DNA of 64,000 bases from a bacterium (GCA_037131105.1 JBAXRQ010000001.1:637465-701464); one strand, 5' to 3'; shown: positions 10,105-20,733, numbered from the stretch's first letter. Translations and numbers: made by a program. Notes: generated by a model from the sequence alone, not told the origin.

Positions 10105-10572
10105 ATGCATACCCGCTATATCGTCTCAGCCATTGTCCAGCAGAATGACAACATCCTTCTTGGTCGAAAGGCCAAGGGTAAGCCACCGTATCCTGACGCC
10201 TGGCACCTTCCCGGCGGAGGCATTGAGGAGCCTGAGCAAGCCGCAGCCCTCATTGAAAAGATGGAGCTCAACGACCCCTATCTCCATGCCGAGCTGCGTC
10301 GCGAGGTAATGGAAGAGCTCGGCATTGAGATCACAAATATCCGCTGCATCGTGCCGGAGTTCAGACCTACGGTCCGTCAAGCCGAGACCGTAAACAAAGA
10401 CGGTGAGCCAACTCATTACTATTTCCTCGAATATCTCTGCGACTTTGCAAGCGGAGAAGTAGTGCCCGGTGACGATCTGGCCGAAGCGCGTTGGTTCTCA
10501 AAGGACGAATTGAAGGGCCTCGTGCTTACCCCTCCCAGCCAAGAGATGTATCGCGAACTAGGCTGGATCTAA
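10105..10572 (+). CDS. NUDIX hydrolase
   Basis: WHLPGGGIE ... LRREVMEELGI (Nudix box with an insertion). Confidence 0.85.
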   Translation: MHTRYIVSAIVQQNDNILLGRKAKGKPPYPDAWHLPGGGIEEPEQAAALIEKMELNDPYLHAELRREVMEELGIEITNIRCIVPEFRPTVRQAETVNKDGEPTHYYFLEYLCDFASGEVVPGDDLAEARWFSKDELKGLVLTPPSQEMYRELGWI

Positions 10573-10587
10573 CCTAATCAAGCGGCA

Positions 10588-11073
10588 ATGAGCAATGAGA
10601 TAGAACGTAAGTTTTTCCTCAAGGAAATGCCCGACATCAGTGGCATCACCAAGACTACACTTGAGCGCCATTTTCTGTTTGACGAGGACGGTGTTGAATT
10701 GCGTATCCAGAGTAATGGCAAGGACCACACCCTTCAGCGTAAGGTAACGCTCTCTGATAGCGAACACACCGTTGAAAAAATAGCCCTCAGCCAAAAAGAA
10801 TTCGATATTTTGAAGAAACTGTCTGTCGCCACCATCTCACGGGAAAGCTACCACCTTTCCGATGCTCCTCCGACTGATCTCCGCATCTATCACGGACCCT
10901 TCGAGAGATTGGTACGGGTGGAGTTTGAGTTTGAGAACGCCCCTGCCATGGAAGCCTTCCGGGCGCCCGACTGGGTCGGAAAGGAAATGACTGGCTCCCG
11001 CCTTTCCCGCGACTCCTGGCTTCTCAAACTAAGTAAGGAAGAGTTCGCCACCCTGCTCAGCCAACAGGCATAA
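10588..11073 (+). CDS. CYTH domain protein
   Basis: EIERKF N-terminal motif, VEFEF, PDWVGKEMT. Confidence 0.85.
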   Translation: MSNEIERKFFLKEMPDISGITKTTLERHFLFDEDGVELRIQSNGKDHTLQRKVTLSDSEHTVEKIALSQKEFDILKKLSVATISRESYHLSDAPPTDLRIYHGPFERLVRVEFEFENAPAMEAFRAPDWVGKEMTGSRLSRDSWLLKLSKEEFATLLSQQA

Positions 11074-11138
11074 TGGTGCGTCCACGCCATCGCTGGGCGC
11101 CTGTGATATACTAAGTTTACAAACCTAAACATACCTGT

Positions 11139-12050
11139 ATGAGCCTCACCCTCCGTGAAATCCGCGAGAACTGCACCCGGGCCCGCAACCTGATGCAGCG
11201 CACCCATGACGAGAAGTACGCCGTCGGCGCCTTCAATATCGACAACCAGGAGACCCTCATCGCCGCCGTTGGCGCCGCCCAGAAGATGAACTCCCCCATC
11301 CTGGTTGAGGTGAGTGACGGCGAGGTCAAGGCCATGGGCCTGGATACTATCCGCGATATGGTGGACAACTATCGCCGCCAGTTCAACGTCGAGGTCTACG
11401 TCAACCTTGACCACAGCCCCAGCGTCGAGGCTGCCAAGGCCGGTATCGACGCCGGATTTGAGTTCATCCACATCGACGTTAGCCAGGCCAACCATGACGC
11501 CACTGACGAGCAGATCATTGCCGACACCCGTGAAGTCGTCGAATACGCCAAGTTCACCGGCGCCTCGGTAGAGAGCGAGCCACATTACTTCGGAGGCGGA
11601 TCCAACGTCTTCAAGGAGGCCATGGACTACGATGAGATCAAGAAGACCTTCTCCACACCTGACGGTTCCCGCGCCTTCCTGGAAGCCACCGGCATCGACA
11701 CCTTCGCCGCCGCCGTGGGCAACCTGCACGGCAAATACCCGGTACCGAAGGAGCTCGACCTTGAGCTCTTGCAGCAGATCCGCAACGTCATTTCCTGCAA
11801 CATCAGCCTACACGGCGGCAGCGGCACCCCCCTGCATTACTTTATCGACGCCGCCCGTATCGGGGTCAGCAAGATCAACATCAACACCGACATGCGCTTC
11901 GCCTTCAGGAAGACCCTGGAAAAGACCCTGGCTGAGCACCCTGACGAGTACGCAGTCATCAAGCTGATGCCCGAGGTTATCCAAAGCATCCAGCAGGTAG
12001 TCGAGGAAAAGATTGAGGCTTTCGGTTCCACCGGCAAGGCCCAGCTCTAA
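11139..12050 (+). CDS. fba: Class II fructose-bisphosphate aldolase
   Basis: AVGAFN, LDH, AVGNLHGKY, LHGGSG, KININT. Confidence 0.92.
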   Translation: MSLTLREIRENCTRARNLMQRTHDEKYAVGAFNIDNQETLIAAVGAAQKMNSPILVEVSDGEVKAMGLDTIRDMVDNYRRQFNVEVYVNLDHSPSVEAAKAGIDAGFEFIHIDVSQANHDATDEQIIADTREVVEYAKFTGASVESEPHYFGGGSNVFKEAMDYDEIKKTFSTPDGSRAFLEATGIDTFAAAVGNLHGKYPVPKELDLELLQQIRNVISCNISLHGGSGTPLHYFIDAARIGVSKININTDMRFAFRKTLEKTLAEHPDEYAVIKLMPEVIQSIQQVVEEKIEAFGSTGKAQL

Positions 12051-12068
12051 GAACATCAGCGTTTCAGT

Positions 12069-12581
12069 GTGAACGCCCCGCCCCGCCTCTACTTCATCAC
12101 CGGCATTTCAGGTTCCGGTAAGACCAGTGTGGCTCGTAGGCTGCAAGAGCTGGGAGAAGTGACCCTGGATAGCAAGCTCCAAGAAGGCCTCTTTCTTTTC
12201 ACAGATAAGGATGGCAAGGCTCCCGAGGATTACCGCCCCCGTGACCAGGACTGGAAGGAGAACTATTCCTGGGTGCTAAACAAGCGTCTTTTTGATACCC
12301 TCATGGAGGAGAACCGCCGCGCTAAGCGCGTCTTTCTCTGTGGTGGGGCCGATGATCTTATGCGCTACTGGAGCGCCGGCGAAAAGGTATTTCTACTATG
12401 GATCGATCTTCCCACCATGCTGAAACGACTGGACCGACAAAATCTCGGCAAGGACGACGTGCTGCGCGAACGACTGGAACGCTACCAAAACACCAAGATC
12501 GAGGCAGGCGCCGTGCCCATTGACGCCATTCGTCCGGTAGAGGAAGTGGTCCAGCAGATCCTAGATCAGACAACCCCCTAA
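12069..12581 (+). CDS. P-loop nucleotide/shikimate kinase-like protein
   Basis: Walker A GISGSGKT. Confidence 0.7.
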   Translation: MNAPPRLYFITGISGSGKTSVARRLQELGEVTLDSKLQEGLFLFTDKDGKAPEDYRPRDQDWKENYSWVLNKRLFDTLMEENRRAKRVFLCGGADDLMRYWSAGEKVFLLWIDLPTMLKRLDRQNLGKDDVLRERLERYQNTKIEAGAVPIDAIRPVEEVVQQILDQTTP

Positions 12582-12590
12582 CCCATCCCT

Positions 12591-12992
12591 ATGGACGACT
12601 GTATTTTCTGCAAGATCGCCGCTGGCGAAGCCAAGTCCTGGAAAGTGAAGGAGAATGACACCGCCTACGCCTTCCTGGACATTCACCCAACCAATCCCTA
12701 CCACACCCTGGTCATCCCCAAGGCGCACTACCGGGACATCTTTGACATTCCCAAGGACGAACTGGCAGGGATTATGTCACTAGTCAAAGACATAACAGAC
12801 CTCTACAGCGCCAAGCTGGGCATCCAGAACGTGCAGATAGTAAACAGCTCCGGGGCCGAGGCTCAGCAGGATGTGTTTCATATTCATTTCCACATAGTTC
12901 CCCGCCACGAAGGCGACGGTCAGGACGTCACATGGACCACCCACCCTGAGCTTGCCGAGAAGTTCCCTGAGCTGCTGGCGAAGCTCAATTAA
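12591..12992 (+). CDS. HIT family nucleotide hydrolase
   Basis: DCIFCKI, FLDIHP, HIHFHIVPR. Confidence 0.93.
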   Translation: MDDCIFCKIAAGEAKSWKVKENDTAYAFLDIHPTNPYHTLVIPKAHYRDIFDIPKDELAGIMSLVKDITDLYSAKLGIQNVQIVNSSGAEAQQDVFHIHFHIVPRHEGDGQDVTWTTHPELAEKFPELLAKLN

Positions 12993-13063
12993 AAAAGAAG
13001 GTGGGAGAGTCATGCTCTCCCACCCCCGTGATCTGACCAAAACCCCAACTGCTGGCTTTCCGA

Positions 13064-13459
13064 TCAATAGCCGCTTTTCCGTTCAGGAACGATGAACGGC
13101 ACCATCTGTGAGTAGGCCGAATACGCGCCATTGGCATTCTTGTAGCGCACCCGTACGTACCACGTCCCCGGTGAAAGCGTTGGCGGATTATAGGTGGCAA
13201 AATGCGACTTCTCGCTTTTTGTAACCAGCCGTTGCGAGTCAAACGTATCCACCGTATCAAGCTGCCACTGTGAGGAGACCTGCTTTACCGCGCCCGCATA
13301 CGCCGAGGCGGTAATGACAAGCTTCTTTGTGGAAACCACCGTGCCACTCGTGGGCGAGGTGATAGCCGGAGTATCGACCTCTGCCGAATGGACCGGCATA
13401 GTAACCGACATACCGGCAATGCCCAGTGCAGCAAGTAGCAACTTCCATCGAACCTTCAT
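13064..13459 (-). CDS. Secreted protein with FN3/Ig-like beta domain
   Basis: Signal peptide; TPAITSP, LSPGTWYVRVRY...YSAYS; SD AGAGGAG. Confidence 0.65.
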   Translation of the reverse strand: MKVRWKLLLAALGIAGMSVTMPVHSAEVDTPAITSPTSGTVVSTKKLVITASAYAGAVKQVSSQWQLDTVDTFDSQRLVTKSEKSHFATYNPPTLSPGTWYVRVRYKNANGAYSAYSQMVPFIVPERKSGY

Positions 13460-13692
13460 ATAGACTCCTCTGCAGTCAGTGAGAGGAAAATACACGCACT
13501 ACGCGTGCGCCCACTGACCTTCGTAAACACGGCAATAATGCCCTAGGAAGGGCGACCTGTCAATGATCCAAGACAAGAAAGCACTGCGACTTGTTAGTGT
13601 CCATGCCGACAATCTACCAGGTTAGCACCCTGTAAGCAATCGCATTTTTCCCTGTACCTGAGATACTTTGCCTGTGTGAAAGGGGATGCATC

Positions 13693-14397
13693 ATGAGAGT
13701 AGTACAAGTCGTGATATTGGCGGGTGGCAAGAACGCCTTCCTTCCACGGGGGCTACATCCTACGTACCGGACAAGAGCAGCCACGGCCGCTCTAGCCGTT
13801 ACTTCTCGTAACAACATCTGGGTTGTGACAGATGGGGCTGAAACTAACTTTCAGAACGTACGGGCCGGCAAGAATGTAGGTGCCAGCCTAATCCAAGGCC
13901 TGGCAAAATGTAAAAAGCATGAGCCGGTCATGGTGATCGGGGCAGACCTACCCCATATCACGGGTGAGGCCTTGCAGGCGTTCATAGATGAGGCGAGAAG
14001 GAACGATGACTTAAAAACGAACAGGGAGTCGAAAAGCGATATCTTTGTCGGCTACAGCCTGATGTCTGACTGCCAAGCACTTGGCCACACCAGTAATCAT
14101 GCCGTGAGAATCAACGGCACCGCTGACGCCAAGCTGGCCAGCGTCCATATCCTGGGGCCGAAGGCATTGTCACAGAACTCACGGATACTGGGTCTACTCA
14201 AGAGCCGCAAGAACGTGCCGCTTATGGCATTCCAGCTGCTTGGTATCAGGTGGTTATGCAGAATGGCGTTTCATAGACCACTTTATGTAGCTCAGGCCGA
14301 AGCCGACGTAAAGAAACGCACCGGCCTCGTCATCACGGGAGTCCAGGTACCTGCCGAATTGGCAGTCGACGACGATACAAAGGAGAAACCGAAATGA
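13693..14397 (+). CDS. MobA-like nucleotidyltransferase (NTP_transf_3), divergent
   Basis: VVILAGG..K, GADLPHIT, ELAVDDD. Confidence 0.65.
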   Translation: MRVVQVVILAGGKNAFLPRGLHPTYRTRAATAALAVTSRNNIWVVTDGAETNFQNVRAGKNVGASLIQGLAKCKKHEPVMVIGADLPHITGEALQAFIDEARRNDDLKTNRESKSDIFVGYSLMSDCQALGHTSNHAVRINGTADAKLASVHILGPKALSQNSRILGLLKSRKNVPLMAFQLLGIRWLCRMAFHRPLYVAQAEADVKKRTGLVITGVQVPAELAVDDDTKEKPK

Positions 14398-14437
14398 GTC
14401 CAGGACTACCTGCACCGCGCAGGTAGGCCGCCCTTTT

Positions 14438-14833
14438 TTATACTTCCCGGTCCCGCAGACTGATGTCGATAAGGGCGACTATACCCCAGGCAATTAACAG
14501 GTATACCGCTATGGCAAGGATTGATGCCGTGTCAAAGTAACCCGTATCACTTCCCGGTGAGGAAAAGATTCCTGCAAACGGCGCAATGAGCGGGTGAGTC
14601 ACTTGGTATAGACTGGCGGTAAAGCCAGTATTCTTGGCTCCTAGTAGCAAAAATACAAAGCGAAGGGCGATCAGTACGTTTAATACCCCTACCACATACC
14701 AGACATAGGCGCCGGCTTTGATGGCGTGATGTTCGCTGACCGCTGACTCAGACGGAACCTTCTCCTGAGTACGCACTGCCTCAGTATTTCCTGTTTGTGG
14801 ATCCTGGGTAACAGTCTCTCGTTCTATTTCCAT
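14438..14833 (-). CDS. YggT family membrane protein
   Basis: ALRFVFLLLGA, LYQVTHPLIAPF, AIAVYLL. Confidence 0.75.
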   Translation of the reverse strand: MEIERETVTQDPQTGNTEAVRTQEKVPSESAVSEHHAIKAGAYVWYVVGVLNVLIALRFVFLLLGAKNTGFTASLYQVTHPLIAPFAGIFSSPGSDTGYFDTASILAIAVYLLIAWGIVALIDISLRDREV

Positions 14834-14976
14834 ATGCCTCCTTGCTTAGGGTAGTTAGCTCATCAGTACTATCATTCCATAGTGCAAGGTATAAGGTTGT
14901 AACCTGTCGTGCAAAGCGCTGAAATCTGAGGAGCTTTATGCTACGATCTGACAGAACCTATACGTAACTGAGACCT

Positions 14977-15384
14977 ATGGCCAGCACCAAGCTTGACCCT
15001 TATCTGTTTTTTGCCGGAAACTGCCGCGAAGCAATGGAGTGTTACCACAGTATCTTCGGCGGCGAGCTGAAGATCACCACCATGGGCGAGGCCATGGGTG
15101 AACATGCCGGCGACCGCAAGGACCAGATCATGCACGCCGACCTTTCCGGCGGCGGCATCGAACTCATGGCCAGCGACAGCGACCGCAAGGAGTCCTACGA
15201 GACCAGCTGCATCAGCCTCTCGATCAGCGGTACCGACAGCGACACTATCACTGGCTACTTCAACGCCCTGGCCGAGGGCGGCAAGATCACGACCGAACTG
15301 AAGAAGGAGTCCTGGGGAGACATGTTCGGAACCGTTACCGACAAGTTCGGCATTGACTGGATGGTAAACATCGGCGAGGCCTAG
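14977..15384 (+). CDS. VOC family (PhnB-like) protein
   Basis: PYLFFAGNCREAM, IMHA, WGDMFGTVTDKFGIDW. Confidence 0.9.
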   Translation: MASTKLDPYLFFAGNCREAMECYHSIFGGELKITTMGEAMGEHAGDRKDQIMHADLSGGGIELMASDSDRKESYETSCISLSISGTDSDTITGYFNALAEGGKITTELKKESWGDMFGTVTDKFGIDWMVNIGEA

Positions 15385-15434
15385 TTGGGCCCAGCCAAAC
15401 GAAACGCCCCCGCCTCTGCGGGGGCTTTCCGTAT

Positions 15435-16964
15435 TTATTCCCATTCTATAGTCCCCGGCGGTTTCGAAGTAATATCATATACCACCCGGTTTATCCCCTT
15501 CACCTCGCTAATGATTCGGCTGGCCATGGTTGCCAACAGATTATGCGGCAACCGAGACCAGTCTGCCGTCATGCCGTCACTGGATTCCACCACCCGGATG
15601 ACCGCCACCCGCTCATAGGTACGCCCGTCGCCCATCACCCCTACCGACTTTATCGGAAGCAAGACTGCGAAGAACTGCCAAAGTCCCCTGCGGTGCTCGG
15701 AAGCCCCAATCACCTCCCTCACTATGGCATCCGCCTCCTGCACCAAACGCACCGACTGTGGAGTGACCTCGCCGACTATGCGCACTGCCAGGCCGGGACC
15801 AGGAAACGGCTGCCGTCCTGTCATATCAGCTGAAAGCCCTAGTTCCCGCCCTATAATCCGCACCTCATCCTTGAATAGTTCCCTGAGCGGCTCCAGCAGC
15901 TTGAGTTTCATCTTCTTAGGCAAGCCGCCGACATTGTGGTGAGACTTAATGGTGACCGAAGGCCCGTTCACCGAGACCGACTCGATGACATCTGGGTAGA
16001 GTGTCCCCTGCACCAGGAAGGTGACGTCCTTGATCTTATGGGCTTCCTCGTCAAAGATTGAAATGAACTCGGCCCCGATAATTTTGCGCTTCTGCTCAGG
16101 ATCGGTCACCCCCTTTAGCTTAGCCATGAAGCGGCCCTTGGCCCGGATCGGACGCACATGCAAGCCAACCTCGCGGTACATGGCCAATACCTCGTCGTAC
16201 TCACCCTTCCGTAGCAAGCCGGTATCCACGAAAATGCAGGTCTGCTGAGCTCCCACTGCTTGGTTTACCAAGGTTGCCGCCACTGAGGAGTCCACCCCTC
16301 CAGACAGGGCGCAGACTATCTTCTTGGTCCCCACCAGCTCCTTAATCCTGGCGATCTCAGTATGGATGAAAGCCTGTGGGGTCCAGTCCCGCACAAAGCC
16401 GCTGATTTCTATTAGAAAACGCTCTAGGATGAGAGTGCCATTTTCCGAGTGACTTACTTCGGGATGAAACTGCAGTCCATAGATCCGCTTTTCGTGATCC
16501 TCAATAGCGCAGACCAGTCCCCCGCTCTTAGCAGTCACCTTGAACCCCTTAGGAGGGACCGACACATGGTCGCCATGACTCATCCAGACCTGACCGTTCT
16601 CAGCGCCGAGCAGAGTCGAACCCGTCATCGCCTTCATGCGAGCCAGGCCGTATTCGCGGGTCTTCGAGGCTTCTACCGTGCCGCCCAGCATCTGAGTTAG
16701 TAGCTGCAGACCGTAACAGATCCCCAGTACAGGAATCCCGAGCGTAAGCAGCTCGGGATCGATACTAGGCGCCTTCTTGGCATATACGGAGTTGGGACCG
16801 CCGGACAAAATGACGGCCAACGGCTTGTGCTTCTTTATATCGGCAAACGGAGTGCTAAAGGGCAGGATGATACAAAAAACACCCAGCTCGCGGGCGCGCC
16901 GGGCGATCAGCTGGGTATACTGGGAGCCGAAGTCGAGGATGAGGAGGGTCTGGTTTGTTTCCAT
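15435..16964 (-). CDS. guaA: GMP synthase (glutamine-hydrolysing)
   Basis: LDFGSQYTQLIARR, GICYG, QFHPEV, SGGVDS, KPPGTIEWE. Confidence 0.98.
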   Translation of the reverse strand: METNQTLLILDFGSQYTQLIARRARELGVFCIILPFSTPFADIKKHKPLAVILSGGPNSVYAKKAPSIDPELLTLGIPVLGICYGLQLLTQMLGGTVEASKTREYGLARMKAMTGSTLLGAENGQVWMSHGDHVSVPPKGFKVTAKSGGLVCAIEDHEKRIYGLQFHPEVSHSENGTLILERFLIEISGFVRDWTPQAFIHTEIARIKELVGTKKIVCALSGGVDSSVAATLVNQAVGAQQTCIFVDTGLLRKGEYDEVLAMYREVGLHVRPIRAKGRFMAKLKGVTDPEQKRKIIGAEFISIFDEEAHKIKDVTFLVQGTLYPDVIESVSVNGPSVTIKSHHNVGGLPKKMKLKLLEPLRELFKDEVRIIGRELGLSADMTGRQPFPGPGLAVRIVGEVTPQSVRLVQEADAIVREVIGASEHRRGLWQFFAVLLPIKSVGVMGDGRTYERVAVIRVVESSDGMTADWSRLPHNLLATMASRIISEVKGINRVVYDITSKPPGTIEWE

Positions 16965-17124
16965 AGTTTATTATAGCCCTTCGGACGCAGTATGGCAAAA
17001 GAACGAATAGCAGATCTTTGGGAAGATAATTGCTATAGTCGGTACATGAACGAAGCCTCCATCCACCTATTATCAACTTCCTGAGCCTCACTAAGGGAAG
17101 ATCACTCACTCCTTAAAAAATAGT

Positions 17125-17661
17125 ATGGAAAACATTACCTTCATAACTGGCAATACCGCCAAAGCCGAGCAGCTGGCCTTCCATCTCAAGGCCCCCATCG
17201 CCCACAAGAAGCTCGACCTCGTCGAGATCCAGTCGCTTGACCTGGAAGAGGTAGTCCGCGACAAAGCTGAGCGGGCCTATGCCATTATGCAGTCCCCAGT
17301 ACTAGTAGAAGACACCAGTCTTCGTTTTTCTGCTTTGGGCCGCTTGCCCGGACCGTTGATAAAATGGTTCCTTACCGACCTTGGCAATGACGGTCTGGCC
17401 CACCTCGTAGACGGAAAGGACCGCACCGCCACTGCCGAAGTGATGTTCGGACTGCATGACGGTACCACCTGTCATATTTTTACTGGATCCAAGAAGGGCC
17501 GCATCGCGGAAATACCGCGCGGCGAGAAAGGCTTCGGCTGGGACCCTGTCTTCATTCCAGAGGGGCACGACAAGACCTGGGCAGAAATGACCCTAGAAGA
17601 GCAGAGCGAAACCAGTATGCGCCGGATTGCCCTGGCCAAGCTGCAGGAGTTTTTGGCATGA
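17125..17661 (+). CDS. rdgB: Non-canonical purine NTP pyrophosphatase (Ham1/RdgB/ITPase)
   Basis: FITGN..K, EIQ, VEDT, LPGPLIK, FGWDPVF. Confidence 0.88.
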   Translation: MENITFITGNTAKAEQLAFHLKAPIAHKKLDLVEIQSLDLEEVVRDKAERAYAIMQSPVLVEDTSLRFSALGRLPGPLIKWFLTDLGNDGLAHLVDGKDRTATAEVMFGLHDGTTCHIFTGSKKGRIAEIPRGEKGFGWDPVFIPEGHDKTWAEMTLEEQSETSMRRIALAKLQEFLA

Positions 17662-17706
17662 CAGGCATGCGCCCTTACAAAACCACAAAAAGCGTATAGT
17701 AGAGCC

Positions 17707-18198
17707 ATGAAACCCATCCCACCGGCTCGCAGAAACCCGCTTTTCCTCCTCCTAGGCCTGGTCGCCGTCGCCTTGGCTGTCATTTTTTTCCTTTTGCCCC
17801 GGATATTGTTCACCTATGAGGCTACCGTAGATGCACATATCTACAAATTCAACTGCCCGACCAAAGACACGGCTTTTTTTCAGATTAACTGGGAGGTCTA
17901 CCACGGTCCCGCCGCTATCGCCACCTACCCGGACGGGGGCTCAAGCAAGACAGTAAAGTCCGGCACTACCGTGTATCGCTGGAATCTCAAGGACAACACC
18001 GTTACCCAGATTGAAAATATGCCTGATTACAGTCCAAGTGACCAGGTATGTGACGTGAGCAACCGCGGACTCTTTTCTTCTCAGGCTACCTCTCCCACAA
18101 CGACAGCCGCCGAGGAGAACGACAGCGACCTGAATATTCCACCCCGGTATCTGACCTATAGCCAGCTTGGCTTACCGCTGCCGAGCGACTATGTATGA
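17707..18198 (+). CDS. Membrane-anchored hypothetical protein
   Basis: N-terminal TM helix, two Cys, leaderless start. Confidence 0.65.
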   Translation: MKPIPPARRNPLFLLLGLVAVALAVIFFLLPRILFTYEATVDAHIYKFNCPTKDTAFFQINWEVYHGPAAIATYPDGGSSKTVKSGTTVYRWNLKDNTVTQIENMPDYSPSDQVCDVSNRGLFSSQATSPTTTAAEENDSDLNIPPRYLTYSQLGLPLPSDYV

Positions 18199-18225
18199 TG
18201 GAGTGTATTATTAGCACTGATCCCT

Positions 18226-18504
18226 ATGACCCCCGTCTTTATCTTCAGTATCCTGGTCACTGTCTTTTCTCTAGCCCTCACTCTCCTGGGTATTCCCGCC
18301 CAGATCGCCAAGAACCACCGTGAAAAGCGTTCCGGCCAGCCGATCATGACCATTCTCATCGCCCTGGCATTCTACGCCTCCCAGATCGGCTTCTTCACCC
18401 TCACCCACGCCTACCTGCCGCTGACCTCGTTCATCATCGGGTTCTTCATGTGGGGGATCACCCTGGTCCAGTGGATTTTGTACCGAAAAAGTGCAGCATC
18501 ATAG
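18226..18504 (+). CDS. PQ-loop / SemiSWEET-like small transporter
   Basis: 3 TM helices, GIPAQIAKNHREK matches a PQ-loop. Confidence 0.65.
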   Translation: MTPVFIFSILVTVFSLALTLLGIPAQIAKNHREKRSGQPIMTILIALAFYASQIGFFTLTHAYLPLTSFIIGFFMWGITLVQWILYRKSAAS

Positions 18505-18619
18505 ACTCTGGCCTCATTTGAGCTCGTGAAGCACCTCCACAGCAGATAGGCACACCTGTCTCTTGGTAGAACATGCTAGGTCTCGTATACTGAAAGCATC
18601 CTGAGCATTAACCCAATCC

Positions 18620-19702
18620 ATGGAAAAGCAACCCGAGCCTGAAGTTATTGAGAAGCCAGTTGAGACTACATCTCCCGTAGCTGTTAGTGAGCCAGGCAAA
18701 AAACCCATACTTGTTATCGTTGGTCTCGTAGCTGTTACCGCAGTTGGTGCGGGAGTAGCTTACGCCATACTCGGCCGCTCAAAAACCTCTGTCGCCCCTG
18801 TCGCCTCTAGTACTCCCGCACTCACTGCCACAACCAATGCTACGGCTGCGACGCCCACCGCCACCCCTACTCCTACACCTGCAGGCACCACCATCTCAGT
18901 AAAGGAAGAAGGCAAACTCATCCTTCCTGGTGGCTATGCCGACCCTACCGTCGTCCCCTATAGCGGCGGCTTCCGCATGTACGTCAACAGCTTTGGGCAC
19001 GGTCCTTCAGGCTATCTCACCTACACTTCACCCGACGGTGTGACCTGGACCAAGGAGAAAGGGATTATTATCTCAGGTGTTGCCACTGGTCGAGCCATCG
19101 TCCTACCCACCGGCATACGCTTCTACTATCCCGGCATGCAGCCCATCAAGCCTTCCGATCCTCAGGCCGACATGCTTAGCTCATTCAGTAGCGACGGTAT
19201 CACTTGGAAGAAAGACGCCGGCACCATCCTTTCACCCCGGAGCAACCTCTATTACGTAGAAGGTCCTACCGTCTTCCAGCTGCCTGACAAGACCTGGCGC
19301 ATGTACTTCAACGAGAACACTGTAGCCGCCGGTAACAACCGGGATGGCTCCATCTGGGGCGCCAGCTCAGCCGACGGGACCACCTGGAAGCGCGATGCCG
19401 CCCTCACCCTCGAAGCTGACGGCGTCACCGAGACCGGTACTACCACCTGGAAGCAGGCCCTGCACCCATTCGTGGTCACCAACCCCAAAGGCGGCTATAT
19501 CATGTTCTACAATGCCCATTCCGAGCTCTACGCTGCCACCTCCACCGACGGCCTGACCTGGAAGAAGATCGGAAAGATAGGGGTTCACGGGGCTGACGCT
19601 GACGGATATTTCCTTGCCGACGGGACGTTTAGACTGTTCTACGGCGGATTCAGCGAAAAGGACGGCGGCCTGATCTATATGGCGGTCCTAAACGTCAAGT
19701 AG
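18620..19702 (+). CDS. Membrane-anchored beta-propeller protein with Asp-box repeats (glycosidase-like)
   Basis: TM anchor, Thr/Pro linker, ADPTVV, four S.DG.TW Asp-boxes. Confidence 0.75.
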   Translation: MEKQPEPEVIEKPVETTSPVAVSEPGKKPILVIVGLVAVTAVGAGVAYAILGRSKTSVAPVASSTPALTATTNATAATPTATPTPTPAGTTISVKEEGKLILPGGYADPTVVPYSGGFRMYVNSFGHGPSGYLTYTSPDGVTWTKEKGIIISGVATGRAIVLPTGIRFYYPGMQPIKPSDPQADMLSSFSSDGITWKKDAGTILSPRSNLYYVEGPTVFQLPDKTWRMYFNENTVAAGNNRDGSIWGASSADGTTWKRDAALTLEADGVTETGTTTWKQALHPFVVTNPKGGYIMFYNAHSELYAATSTDGLTWKKIGKIGVHGADADGYFLADGTFRLFYGGFSEKDGGLIYMAVLNVK

Positions 19703-19739
19703 ATATTCCTAGCCATATACAGCCCAGTAGTTCGCCCAC

Positions 19740-20651
19740 CTAGGCAAGCCGTGCCTTTGATCTGAGCAGGAAAAAGCCAACTATCGAAAGAGTCACCAAG
19801 GGCGAAAGCCACTCTGGCACATGCAGACCGGATGCGTGTAGGAGCATAATGACACCGAGTACTGCCATTGAGTACATGGCGCCGTTCTTCAGATAGACAT
19901 AGCGTTTGATCTGGGCAATGTTCCGCACAGTAAGCTGGCGCACCACCAAAGCGCCGATACCGTTACCAATGAGGATCAGAGGCACCGAAAGGGTGAAAGC
20001 AAAGGCCCCCAGCACCCCGTCTATCGAAAATGAGGCATCAATGATCTCCAGATAGAATATTTTCTGTATATCCGAGAGACGTTTGGCCTTATCCGCCGGA
20101 GTGCTCTCACTCCGCTCCGCCTTCCACTTTAAGGTATGAGCGACAAAAAACACTACGGTTCCGGCGGCGGCCCCATAGGCCATCAAAGGCGCGTCTCCGC
20201 TGGTTATCCACAGAATAAGGGCAAGAAACACGGCCACCGCTGCATAAAACCAGGCACCGTTACGCATAAAGAACCGCTCTGTAGCCGGAAGTCCGAACTG
20301 TTTCTTCTCTAGAAACAGCCATCGTAAGAACAGGAAGACCAGGAACGTCCCTCCCGCCGCCAGCAGAAGTGGAGACGTGCTTTCAATCGAGTCCCGAACC
20401 CCGGGATCGCCACTAAAGGTAGCAATAAGAGCACTGAGCGGTCCCAGATGCGGATTTACCAGCCAAATAATGGCCCAGGGAAGTACGCCCCGAACTACAA
20501 AGACCGCAAACAGTATGCCCCATAGGAGAAACCAGACCCTCCCCTTCTTGGTCATGGTAGAAAGCACCTCGGCATTAATCACAGCGTTTTCGACGCTGGT
20601 GACCACCTCAAAGACAGAAAGGCCTAGTACGGTAAGAAGAATTCCGATCAT
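19740..20651 (-). CDS. DUF475 / TerC-like membrane protein
   Basis: ENAVINAEVL, FYLEIIDASFSIDGVLGAFA, YLKNGAMYS. Confidence 0.88.
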   Translation of the reverse strand: MIGILLTVLGLSVFEVVTSVENAVINAEVLSTMTKKGRVWFLLWGILFAVFVVRGVLPWAIIWLVNPHLGPLSALIATFSGDPGVRDSIESTSPLLLAAGGTFLVFLFLRWLFLEKKQFGLPATERFFMRNGAWFYAAVAVFLALILWITSGDAPLMAYGAAAGTVVFFVAHTLKWKAERSESTPADKAKRLSDIQKIFYLEIIDASFSIDGVLGAFAFTLSVPLILIGNGIGALVVRQLTVRNIAQIKRYVYLKNGAMYSMAVLGVIMLLHASGLHVPEWLSPLVTLSIVGFFLLRSKARLA

Positions 20652-20699
20652 AGCTCCAGTGTAGCAAACCTACCGATATTACCGAAATAGGCTTAGGAC

Positions 20700-20728
20700 T
20701 TGACAAATCCATCTGATTATGGTACTAT
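20700..20728 (+). promoter_or_regulatory. Sigma70-type promoter
   Basis: TTGACA (20700-20705), 17 nt spacer, TG-G-TACTAT (20723-20728). Confidence 0.8.
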
Positions 20729-20733
20729 AGGGT

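Noticed and set aside
10890-11729. 279-aa minus-strand ORF, and similar shadow ORFs opposite atp, mutY, guaA and ddl
   Set aside because: Antisense frames of strongly codon-biased genes with no motifs of their own.
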